A DNA stretch of 64,000 bases from an uncultured beta proteobacterium (lineage in GTDB: Bacteria > Pseudomonadota > Gammaproteobacteria > Burkholderiales > Burkholderiaceae_E): contig CAVSZG010000002.1 in NCBI GenBank assembly GCA_963732405.1, forward strand, positions 22,059 through 86,058, read 5' to 3'. This document shows, in pieces, positions 1 through 8,489 of the stretch. The notes beneath the pieces were generated by a model that did not search any database, was not told the DNA's origin, and saw only the letters and a program-made list of their open reading frames with translations. Numbering within the stretch: position 1 is the first letter of the stretch; each line of letters begins with the position of its first letter. The translations under genes were made by a program, and so were the position numbers.

Positions 1-213
1 ACCCAGCGCATCGAACCAACTGATGCGCACCTGCTCCAGATAACGGAAATACACCGTGTTGTTCACATGCCCCATCGCATCCATGTCGCCCCAGCGGATG
101 GGTATGTCCATCTCGAAGACGAACAGGCGCGGGCCACCGCCTCCGACCAGTTCGTGGCTGAGATCAACGGGCAGACGATCGGGGTTGGACGGAATCAGTT
201 CGGGTGAAGTCAT
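1..213 (-). CDS. acyl-CoA thioesterase, YbgC/4HBT hot-dog family (C-terminus runs off the window)
   Basis: Own minus-strand translation from the ATG (complement of 211-213) gives MTSPELIPS...IRWGDMDAMGHVNNTVYFRYLEQVRISWFDALG. This is a typical YbgC-type N-terminal signature. There is no stop before the window edge. Confidence 0.6.
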   Translation of the reverse strand, partial: MTSPELIPSNPDRLPVDLSHELVGGGGPRLFVFEMDIPIRWGDMDAMGHVNNTVYFRYLEQVRISWFDALG

Positions 214-374
214 GGCAAATGGTCATTGTAGCCAGGGTCAGGTACCGATGGGTTGCGGCACGGTTGCATGCCTGGATGTTCGGGCGCATAGTCACGCGAC
301 GACGCACCGGATTGTTGACGGTCACAGACTGTCTGCCGGTGTACGGACTGACCAACAAGACGAAGGGGACGATC

Positions 375-1938
375 GTGGCGAGGACGACCAAATTCATATC
401 CCGAATTCCATTGGGCATCGTGGGCATCACCACGGTTGCCATTGTCGGCGTGGCGGGCTGCGGTAGCGACACGGATGATTCAGTCGATCGCGCAACCAAA
501 GCGCGGGGCGGCAATTCGGCGGTGGCTTGCGATAAGCGGGTCAACAATACGACCGAGGCGCTGACCCAATGCGTGACCGTGGAAGGCGTCAGAGAGCATC
601 AGGCGGCACTCCAGGCGATTGCCGATGCGAACAACGGCATCCGCACCTCCGGTACACCAGGCTACGACGCCTCAGTGGACTATGTCGCGGGGCGCATGAG
701 GGCAGCCGGTTACGACGTCAACATTCAACCGTTCCAGTACCAGACCTTTATCACCCTGTCGCCTACGGTGCTGGAGCAGATCGCGCCCGTGCCCGGCGTC
801 ATCGTCAATAACCTCATGTCTTACTCGGGCAGTGGCGACGTCACGGCCCCGGTCACCGTGCTGACCGGGCCATCTGGAGATCCAACGCCGGGCTGCGAAC
901 CTGGTGACTTCGCCGGCTATCCGGCGGGCACGATCGCCCTGATCAGCCGGGGCGGCTGTACATTTGCGCTGAAGGCGACCAATGCCTCGAATGCCGGGGC
1001 AGTCGGCGTCGTGATCTACAACAATGCCCCGGGAGAAGCTGAACGGCACGTTGGGCAATACCTTCGCACTCGACGTGGGCGTCACCTCGGTCACCCTGGA
1101 GGTCGGCCAGCAGCTTGCGGCGACGCCGGGGCTCCAGCTGCGGCTCAAGACGGATACCTTCCGTGGTGAGGCCACATCCTACAATGTGATCGCTGAATCA
1201 CAAGACGGCGATGCCGGCAACGTCGTGGTCGTCGGGTCGCACCTGGATTCGGTCAATACCGGCCCGGGGCTTCAGGACAATGGTTCGGGCAGCGCGGCAA
1301 TTCTCGAGGTGGCCGAAAACATGGCCAAGGTCAAACCGCGCAACAAGCTACGCTTTGCTTGGTGGGGCGCCGAAGAAGCCGGGCTCGTCGGGTCGACTCA
1401 ATATGTGGCCAGCCTGTCACCCGAAGACTTGGCACGCATCACCCTGTACCTGAATTTCGACATGATCGGGTCACCCAACTACGTGTTTTTCGTCTACGAC
1501 GGCGACAACTCGGACGGCGAGGGCGCTGGTCCTGGCCCTGATGGCTCGGCCCAGATCGAAAAGGCGTTCGAGGCGTTCTACGCGCAGATTGGCGAGCCAT
1601 TTCTGGGTACTGACTTTTCCGGCCGATCGGATTACGGTCCATTCATTGCCCAGGACATCCCCTCCGGTGGGCTGTTTACCGGCGCCGAAGGGATCAAAAC
1701 GCCTGATGAGGCCGCCCGCTGGGGTGGTGTCGCCGGGGAGCAATACGATCCGTGTTATCACCTGGCCTGCGACACCTACGACAACATCAGTCTTCGTGCG
1801 CTTGATGTGAACTCGGACGCGATCGCGGCCGTCACTCTGCGATACGCGATGAACACGCAGGAGATCAACGACGTCAAGGGCAAGGGCAACTTCAAACCGG
1901 GCCGGTTGCGGTTCTCCGGGCCCAGCGCTGTCGAGTAA
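375..1938 (+). pseudogene. M28-family aminopeptidase with PA domain, lipoprotein; apparent -1 nt frameshift near 1027-1033
   Basis: ORFs 204..1169 and 1024..1938 are two halves of one protein (...GVVIYNNAPGE / KLNGTLGNTF...HLDSV...DNGSGSAAILE...WWGAEEAGLVGS). GTG at 375 follows AAGGGG and gives MARTTKFISRIPLGIVGITTVAIVGVAGC, a lipobox. The frame switches at a C4G3 run. Confidence 0.8.
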
Positions 1939-1957
1939 CGACAGTCGTTCGGAGCCG

Positions 1958-1990
1958 GACGCCGCGTCCCATGACGCGGCGTCGCTTTTG
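1958..1990 (+). terminator. Rho-independent terminator after the aminopeptidase
   Basis: Perfect 11-bp stem gacgccgcgtc / gacgcggcgtc with a 4-nt loop (ccat), followed by gcttttg. Confidence 0.6.
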
Positions 1991-2160
1991 AATACGCATC
2001 CGGCCTCGTCGGTCAGTCCGAAACAGACGCAGCCGCCATCCAGCGCGGCCGTTGTTTCTAGGCGCGCCGGCGTCGCCAGTGGTGCCAGTTCCGGAACAGC
2101 CCCCGGCGATCGAGGGCTTCGAACATCTCCTCGGGGCCTTCAGGATCCAGTATCTGGTTG

Positions 2161-3504
2161 TCAGCCAGGAACTTCTCGGTGTCCGAGAAGCGTTGGCGGC
2201 TCGTAGTCGACAAGGGTCTTGCCGGTGCCGCGAAGCTCATCGATGGTGCCGATGAGCGACTTCGTGCGTTGAACTGACGATTCGACGTCTTCAATCGCGA
2301 CGCCCAGATGCTCGGCGATCAGGCTGTCCCGGATCTGACGGATCCGCTCGCTCACCATCGACGAACCGCCAGCGTCGGCCAACACTTCCACATCGCATTC
2401 GGTATCGAGTCGCATCGAGCGATTGTTCAGATTGGACGAGCCGATGCGCAAGACCACATCGTCAACGATCATGATCTTGGCATGGACATAGATATCGCTG
2501 CCTTGCCCGGTTACCGGGTGATAGATCCGAAGGCGGCCGGTGGTATCGAGTTTTTTAAGCGCGTTCCAGATTCTCGCCCGACCAGTGTCCATCGCGATGG
2601 GCTCCAGCCATCCTTCGGCGGTGCGTGGATTGATAATCACGAACTCGGGGGCGCGGGATGACGACAGACGTTTGGCGATCGCTTCGGCGATGCGTCGAGC
2701 ACAGAAGTACTGGCTTTCAATGTAAACGTACCGCTCCGCCTGGGCGATCAGTGCCAGGTATCGGGTTTCCACTTCATGGACCGCTGCCCGGTCCGTCATG
2801 TCGGGCAAGGTCTGCAGAATGTTCACCCGAACGTCGCTGAAATCCTTCGACAGTTCCTGCGGCCATTGCAGCGGCTTATCGGTGGTCACTGGCTCGAGCC
2901 TGTTCCCCGTGGCATGGTTCCAGCGAAGGCGACCCACCTCACCCAACCCGGCTGCTGCCGGCCCGCTCAGCACCATCGCGGCATCATGCCAGGGCGGATA
3001 CGGCTTGTTGCCCGGGAATCGGCGCCTGGGATCGGGGTCGAGATGGTCCCGGGTGTCCCAGCGCATACCCGTGACATCGATCCCACCGCAGAAGGCAATA
3101 CGATCATCCACGATGATGAGCTTCTGATGATGCGAAGCGCCGGTCGGATGATATCCGTCCAGCTTGATGTGAATACGCGGATGCCGGATCCAGCTCAGAT
3201 AGGTCAGCAGTGTCGAGCCCCGCAACAAGGATTTGATGGCGCCGATGTCCCAGCGCAGCAGGAATACCTCCAGTGCACTGTTACGATCGACCAATGAATG
3301 GATGAAGTCGCCGACCTTGGGTGGGCCCCATTCATCGGATTGAACCGCGCCCAAATTCACGCGGGCATCAAAATCCCATCCGATCAACATGATGCGTCGT
3401 GAGGCCTCGTGCATCACGCGTCGGGCATGCTTGAAATAGTCGGCGGCGTCGATGATGACCGAGGCATCTGTTGCCCGTAGTGCCGTGCCTTGCTGATCGT
3501 CCAT
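2161..3504 (-). CDS. phospholipase D / cardiolipin synthase-like protein (two HKD motifs)
   Basis: HHQKLIIVDDRIAFCGGID and HAKIMIVDDVVLRIGSSNLNNRS lie in ORF 2161..3744. The start is set at internal MDDQQG (ATG at 3504), which is preceded by AGGAAA. Confidence 0.85.
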   Translation of the reverse strand: MDDQQGTALRATDASVIIDAADYFKHARRVMHEASRRIMLIGWDFDARVNLGAVQSDEWGPPKVGDFIHSLVDRNSALEVFLLRWDIGAIKSLLRGSTLLTYLSWIRHPRIHIKLDGYHPTGASHHQKLIIVDDRIAFCGGIDVTGMRWDTRDHLDPDPRRRFPGNKPYPPWHDAAMVLSGPAAAGLGEVGRLRWNHATGNRLEPVTTDKPLQWPQELSKDFSDVRVNILQTLPDMTDRAAVHEVETRYLALIAQAERYVYIESQYFCARRIAEAIAKRLSSSRAPEFVIINPRTAEGWLEPIAMDTGRARIWNALKKLDTTGRLRIYHPVTGQGSDIYVHAKIMIVDDVVLRIGSSNLNNRSMRLDTECDVEVLADAGGSSMVSERIRQIRDSLIAEHLGVAIEDVESSVQRTKSLIGTIDELRGTGKTLVDYEPPTLLGHREVPG

Positions 3505-3625
3505 TCGGGTTTCCTGGGTCCGTCTGAATCGGGTTCGACCGATCATATCCGCATTGACGCAGGTCTTGCGAGCGCATCTCGTGGGGTTGATTCGCAAGAC
3601 GCCTGGTACGCCGGCATGGCAGGGA

Positions 3626-4036
3626 TCAGCGCAAGGACTGCCCGCCCGGCAGGATGGACCAGCGGGTCTGAAGTGATTCGACCGCATCCTGCCAACCCAG
3701 CAATTCGGCGATTCGGATAATGACCCATTGCGCTTCGGCTTCATTCACCACCGCCGAGTCGCCGGCCAGTCCGGCATGCATGCGGTCCAGCACATCGGTC
3801 TGGGTGATGCTCAGGTCGAAGATCACATCGCGGGCGTTGTCGCAGAGCAGGAGCGCCAGGTCTTCACAGAGTTCGTAACGCTCGGCCAGCGCGTCGCGGG
3901 CAAGATCGGGCTTGATGCGTCCCGGGGTGGTATGCACCGCCATGAAGCTGGCGGGGATGTTGATCTGGTAATCGTGGTCCACAGCGGCCGTGAAAGGGTT
4001 CGGAAGTAGGCGCGAGGATATCGCATCGACTGTCAA
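3626..4036 (-). CDS. hypothetical protein (start uncertain)
   Basis: This is the C-terminal roughly 135 aa of ORF 3626..4186. The upstream part of that ORF would collide with the pirin start at 4113, so I use the TTG at 4036. I recognise no family. Confidence 0.35.
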   Translation of the reverse strand: MTVDAISSRLLPNPFTAAVDHDYQINIPASFMAVHTTPGRIKPDLARDALAERYELCEDLALLLCDNARDVIFDLSITQTDVLDRMHAGLAGDSAVVNEAEAQWVIIRIAELLGWQDAVESLQTRWSILPGGQSLR

Positions 4037-4112
4037 TTCCGTCTGTCGTCCCCATCTATGGCACAGTATTCCCGTTATGAGGGCCGTTCTGCCCTGACAT
4101 CCGGAGCGTGAC

Positions 4113-4988
4113 ATGAAGAAGGTGCTTTCCTCCCGCAATGCCCCTGCCCGCCATTGGGTGGGCGACGGATTCCCCGTGCACGGCATGTTCGGGTATGACG
4201 AGGGAGCTGCCCAGCGCAGCCCTTTCCTGCTGCTCGACTATGCCGCGCCCACGCATTTTGAGCCAACCACCGCGCGGCGAGGGGTTGGCGAGCATCCGCA
4301 CCGGGGCTTTGAAACCGTCACCATCGTGTACGAGGGGGAGGTCGAGCATCGCGATTCGACCGGTAACGGAGGCGTGATCGGTCCCGGCGATGTGCAGTGG
4401 ATGACGGCCGGATCGGGCATCCTGCATGAAGAGTTTCACTCGGGTGACTATGCCCGCCGCGGAGGTCCGTTCGAAATGGTTCAGCTCTGGGTCAATCTGC
4501 CGGCCAGGGACAAAATGACGCCGCCCGGTTATCAGGCCATCGTCAACCACGACATTCCGGTGGTGCCGCTGAGCGACGCCGAGGGTCAGGCGGCCGGACA
4601 GGTGAGGGTGATCGCGGGCAGTCTGGGTCAGGTCTATGGCCCGGCGCGTCATTTCACGCCAATGAACGTCTGGGATGTCCGGGTGCGTGGAGGGCATCGC
4701 GTGTCACTGGCGCAGCCGCAGGGCTGGATCTGCCTGTTGGTGGTGCTGGCGGGTTCGGTGAGCATCAATGGTGGCACCGGTCTGGGTGCTGCGCAGATGG
4801 CCACCTTGTCGGCCGAGGGCACGGAGATCGCGCTCACGGCCGACAGCGATGCCAAGATCCTGCTGCTGGCCGGTGAGGCGATTGATGAGCCAGTGGTCGG
4901 CTATGGTCCGTTCGTGATGAACAGCGGGGATCAAATCATCCAGGCAGTCAACGACTTCAACAGCGGGAAGTTTGGCCGCATGGGATAG
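4113..4988 (+). CDS. pirin family protein
   Basis: HPHRGFETVTIVYEGEVEHRDSTGNGGVIGPGDVQWMTAGSGILHEE is the bicupin pirin signature. GGAG lies 8 nt upstream of the ATG. Confidence 0.9.
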   Translation: MKKVLSSRNAPARHWVGDGFPVHGMFGYDEGAAQRSPFLLLDYAAPTHFEPTTARRGVGEHPHRGFETVTIVYEGEVEHRDSTGNGGVIGPGDVQWMTAGSGILHEEFHSGDYARRGGPFEMVQLWVNLPARDKMTPPGYQAIVNHDIPVVPLSDAEGQAAGQVRVIAGSLGQVYGPARHFTPMNVWDVRVRGGHRVSLAQPQGWICLLVVLAGSVSINGGTGLGAAQMATLSAEGTEIALTADSDAKILLLAGEAIDEPVVGYGPFVMNSGDQIIQAVNDFNSGKFGRMG

Positions 4989-5585
4989 CGTCATCCTGAT
5001 AGCCGTCGTTCGTATCGCTCACCTCGTTGGCAATGGCCACGTAATATCGTCCCCGCGCCTTGAACGCCTTGAGTCCTTCCGGAGAGACGTCCCCGTCGGC
5101 CACGATCATGTCGACAAACCGTACCGAATGCGGATTGGTGATGTCATAGATCGCCGTTGCTGAGGTCAGCGTGCGTTCCAGGCCGATCACCGATGATTCT
5201 CACGCTGCCGGCCGGATCCGTGGTGGACAGCGGTGAGTTTTCGATCCGTGTGTTTGGCGTTCCTTCGTTAGCCACGAGCAGCTGACGCCCCTCCGGCGTG
5301 AACGTGACCATGTCTGGCAGCGATCCCACGGACACCGGTGCGCCACTTTGCCGACGCGTCTGGGTGTCGTAGAAGACGACGACACCGGGCAGGGTGCGGG
5401 CATTGGCATTCTCGATCGCAAGGGCGGCCAGGTTTCCATGAACAGCAACGCTGTTCACAAGGCCCAGGTTCGCGACATCAATATGTGCAAGCGGCTGTCC
5501 TCTGGCTCTGTCGAGCACATCCACGCCGATCACGCCCGCCATCCAGAGCGTGTCCTGATGCTTGTCACAGGCCACGATCTCGGCC
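4957..5585 (-). pseudogene. remnant of a choice-of-anchor-I / phytase-like beta-propeller protein (5'-truncated, frameshifted)
   Basis: ORFs 5144..5575 (...LPDMVTFTPEGRQLLVANEGTP...DPAGSVRII) and 4957..5190 (...DVSPEGLKAFKARGRYYVAIANEVSDT) are consecutive pieces in different frames. Only about 200 aa remain. Homology stops where the integrase fragment begins. Confidence 0.5.
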
Positions 5586-5905
5586 TTCTGGCCAGGGTTG
5601 GCGACGCGAACGCAGCAGGCGTATGTGTTCGCGGTGGTGAGGCTGGCGCAGCACTATCGTCGGTCGCCCGATCGCCTGAGCGCTGATGAGGTCAGGCAAT
5701 TCCTGCTGATATTGCTCAACGAGCGGCATCGGGCGCGTAGGACGGTCAATCAGTACAGCTGCGCCTACTGGTTTCTGTATGGAACCGTGCTGGGCCGGGC
5801 CGATGCCGATGTGCAGATTCCGGTGGGTAAACTGGAGCAGAAGCTGCCCTAGATCCTCTCGCGTGCGGAACTGGCCCGGTTGTTCGCGCTGGGATACGTG
5901 CCGCG
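5562..5905 (+). pseudogene. tyrosine recombinase fragment (N-terminal SAM-like domain only, internal stop)
   Basis: TRTQQAYVFAVVRLAQHYRRSPDRLSADEVRQFLLILLNERHRARRTVNQYSCAYWFLYGTVLG...KLEQKLP*ILSRAELARLFA. The catalytic domain is absent. Confidence 0.55.
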
Positions 5906-6145
5906 AAACCGCGTCCATAGGAAGTGACACTTTTACTTTTGTCTTCGCGTGTGAAAACGCCGGGCTCGATAGACCGGCCATCCGGGCCGAGTTCAGCCGT
6001 TGGTATGCCGAGATCGTCTGGGGGCCGCACTGGGGTGAGCCGACCGCGGAAGAGTTACTGACTCTGGTCGTGCGTTGAGGAATCGCGATGGGCTATCAAT
6101 GATGCAAAAATAGTGCATAGTAGGTGACCAAATTGATAGTTTTGG

Positions 6146-6553
6146 GTGCCGGTCATGTCCTCCGCCGCCGCAAACCGTCTGGATCTCTCCTTTGATGTCT
6201 TCTTGCGCAGTCTGCAGGATCCGGCGCTTGCCGGCCCGGCGGTCTCGCCGCACCGGTTCAGCGACGCCTTGCAAATCGACCTGCAGACGCTTGCCGAGCA
6301 GGCCGGCGTGCATCGCAACACCATTGCTCGGGCACCCACCTCTCGCAGCATTCAGGAGCTCATGCGCGAAGCGGTCCGGGTGATCCGGGCCGCCACCGAT
6401 TTGTGCGGAGATGTGAACCAGGCGCTGTTCTGGTACCGCAACGAGCCGCTGGCCGTCTTTCAATATCAAACGCCCGAGCAACTTGTGGTTGGCAAGCGCG
6501 GCGATGATCTGCTGCGCTATGTGATGTCGCTCGGAGCGGGCCAGGCCGGGTGA
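6146..6553 (+). CDS. Xre/MbcA/ParS-type antitoxin (DUF2384 toxin-binding domain)
   Basis: The C-terminus ...GDVNQALFWYRNEPLAVFQYQTPEQLVVGKRGDDLLRYVMSLGAGQAG is typical of antitoxins paired with RES toxins. A RES gene follows directly. Confidence 0.75.
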   Translation: MPVMSSAAANRLDLSFDVFLRSLQDPALAGPAVSPHRFSDALQIDLQTLAEQAGVHRNTIARAPTSRSIQELMREAVRVIRAATDLCGDVNQALFWYRNEPLAVFQYQTPEQLVVGKRGDDLLRYVMSLGAGQAG

Positions 6554-6573
6554 TCCTGACATAACTGCAGGGG

Positions 6574-7072
6574 TTGACCGCCTACCGCGTTCATACACCG
6601 CGTTTGGCGACGTTGCCGCTCAACGGAGACGGTGCTGCCATGCCTGGGGGTAGGGCAAACCGCCTCGGGGTGCCGGCGCTGTATCTGTCCTTGACGCTGG
6701 AGACGGGGGCGCGCAAATACCAGCAGTCCTCATCGTTGATGCCGCCGGGAACGCTCGTTTGTTATGAGGTCACGAGCGCGCCGGTGGTTAACTTCAGGGG
6801 CGGGTATGCCCGTGACGATTGGGCGCCACTATGGGAGTCCGTCGCCTGTGACTGGCGTTCAATGTCGTTCGATCAGCGAATCGAGCTGCCCAGCTGAGTC
6901 CTGGGTAATGAGGTGATTGTCAGTGGCGCAAGGGCATTCTGTTCGAATCGACGGTTATGGCCGGTGGCATCAACCTGGTGCTGTTCACGGGGGGCAGCTC
7001 GATGAACAGGATCGGGTTGCTGACTACGACCCCAACCGCGTGCTGCCCAGAGACCAGCGGTCCTGGTCATAG
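6574..7072 (+). pseudogene. RES-domain toxin, disrupted (in-frame TGA at 6895-6897 plus two frame changes)
   Basis: Frame 1 reads ...MPGGRANRLGVPALYLS...ELPS*VLGNEVIVSGA. Another frame continues GILFESTVMAGGINLVLFTG. A third frame continues QLDEQDRVADYDPNRVLPRDQRSWS*. The conserved Ser region lies after the stop. Confidence 0.7.
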
Positions 7073-7289
7073 CGCCGTGGCCGCGTCGAGCCGACACTCC
7101 CGAAACAGGGCCTGACATTGCGCGGTCGCGGCGTGTCATCTCAGTATATTGCTAACTTCAAATATTAGGGCACCAGGATGGGGCGGTGGTCAACGGTTCC
7201 CGCATGCCAAGATATGCCAGAGTTGCGTAACAAGGCCACAATAGAGGCCTGCTTTCAGACATGATGTAGGCTAGAAACAGGAATTCGCG

Positions 7290-7520
7290 ATGGAAAACCT
7301 AGACCGTATTACCCAGCAGCCCGGCGTCATGGGCGGAAAAGCCTGTATCCGCGGCCAACGCGTGACGGTCGGCAATGTTGTATCGCAACTCGGCGCGGGG
7401 CGCACCGTCGACCAAATCCTGGCGGATTATCCGTATCTAGAGCGCGAAGACATCATGCAAGCCATCCAGTACGCAGCCTGGCGGGCTGAGGAGCGCGAAG
7501 TCGTTCTGACCGATCGGTGA
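7290..7520 (+). CDS. DUF433-domain antitoxin-like protein
   Basis: QQPGVMGGKACIRGQRVTVGNVVSQLGAGRTVDQILADYPYLEREDIMQAIQYAA matches the DUF433 pattern. Its stop overlaps the next gene's GTG (GTGA). Confidence 0.8.
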   Translation: MENLDRITQQPGVMGGKACIRGQRVTVGNVVSQLGAGRTVDQILADYPYLEREDIMQAIQYAAWRAEEREVVLTDR

Positions 7521-7892
7521 AGTTTCTGATTGACAGACATGAACCTCTCGCCGAGGTGGATTGACGTCTTGGTTTCCTCTGGCATACCGGCGACCCATTG
7601 GTCTTCAGTCGGTCCAATCAATGCGCCCGACGTCGAAATCATGGATTACGCCCGCCAGCACGGCTACGTTGTCCTGACTCACGATTTGGATTTTGGGGCC
7701 ATCCTCGCCGCCACATAGGGCAGGGCCCCGAGCGTCGTGCAAATTCGCGCCCCTGATCCCAGCCCGGAGGCCATTGGTCCATCGGTCATTTCGGCACTAC
7801 GTCATGCGCGCCCCGAACTGGAAACGGGGGCGTTGGTGACCTTTGAGCCGGCACGAGTGCGGTTGACGCTGCTGCCTTTGCAAAGCCTCTAG
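7517..7892 (+). pseudogene. DUF5615 PIN-like (Mut7-C-like) toxin candidate, disrupted
   Basis: GTG at 7517 gives MKFLID, then the frame is lost. The body (NLSPRWIDVL...VVLTHDLDFGAILAAT) is in another frame. It hits TAG at 7716-7718, and homology continues (GRAPSVVQIRAPDPSP...GALVTFEPARVRLTLLPL) to the stop at 7890-7892. Confidence 0.65.
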
Positions 7893-8081
7893 GGCAAACG
7901 ACCAGGCTATTCCCACGCGGTTTGGAATCCATATTTCAGCAACTTCAGGCACGGCTCTGGCGTATTTGCATGTTGATAACTCGCCTAATCACGATGCTGA
8001 TAAAAACCCCGAAGTCGCGGTATCCTGCGAAATCGATCTGTCAGAATGGCTGACATTTCGCTGCCTTTCCAACGCACTACG

Positions 8082-8108
8082 CGGCCGGGGTGATCGCCGG
8101 CCGGTTTT
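8082..8108 (+). terminator. possible intrinsic terminator
   Basis: 7-bp GC stem cggccgg (8082-8088) / ccggccg (8097-8103), an 8-nt loop, then g + tttt. Confidence 0.35.
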
Positions 8109-8123
8109 CGGGAGCCAGGGTCC

Positions 8124-8489
8124 ATGGCGGACGACGCCGAGCAGTGGCGTAGCGGTCTGAGCGACGGGTATCGCGGCGACGGGGTGTCGCTGAGCCTCGA
8201 CGGTGAGTCGGGGTTTGCGCGGGCTCGGGCGCAGGGCGAGGCCCCGCGCCAGGCGCACGAGCGCGAGGTGGCGATTGCCTTGCAACCGCGAGAGGCGGCG
8301 GGCCGGTACGGGTTTCTGCAGGGCTACCGAGGGGAGGGCGGCGTGGGCGGTCAGCGTGGTCAACGTGGCTTGGAGGCAGAGCCGCCCCCAGATCCCGTTT
8401 ATCCGGAAGCCTGGGCCGAAGGGCGCGCGTTGCGCCTGGAGCATGACGACGCCTTCGAGGCGGCGTTGTGGAACGCAGGGCCGGCATGA
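8124..8489 (+). CDS. hypothetical protein translationally coupled to the integrase
   Basis: 121-aa ORF with G/C-dominated third positions. Its TGA overlaps the integrase ATG (ATGA at 8486-8489). I recognise no family. Confidence 0.4.
   Translation: MADDAEQWRSGLSDGYRGDGVSLSLDGESGFARARAQGEAPRQAHEREVAIALQPREAAGRYGFLQGYRGEGGVGGQRGQRGLEAEPPPDPVYPEAWAEGRALRLEHDDAFEAALWNAGPA

Noticed and set aside
672-1175. 167-aa minus-strand ORF antisense to the aminopeptidase. Similar long antisense or overlapping ORFs occur at 9129..9734, 12454..13032, 32361..33623, 34914..36491, 43355..44857 and 48055..48999.
   Set aside because: They overlap genes with strong family signatures and are Arg/Pro/Gly/Ala-rich. 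Stop-free antisense frames of this kind are expected in high-GC DNA.
5779-6078. 99-aa ORF ending ...RAEFSRWYAEIVWGPHWGEPTAEELLTLVVR.
   Set aside because: Only the last 40 or so residues look protein-like and the N-terminal part overlaps the recombinase fragment. It is probably another relic, but I cannot name a family.
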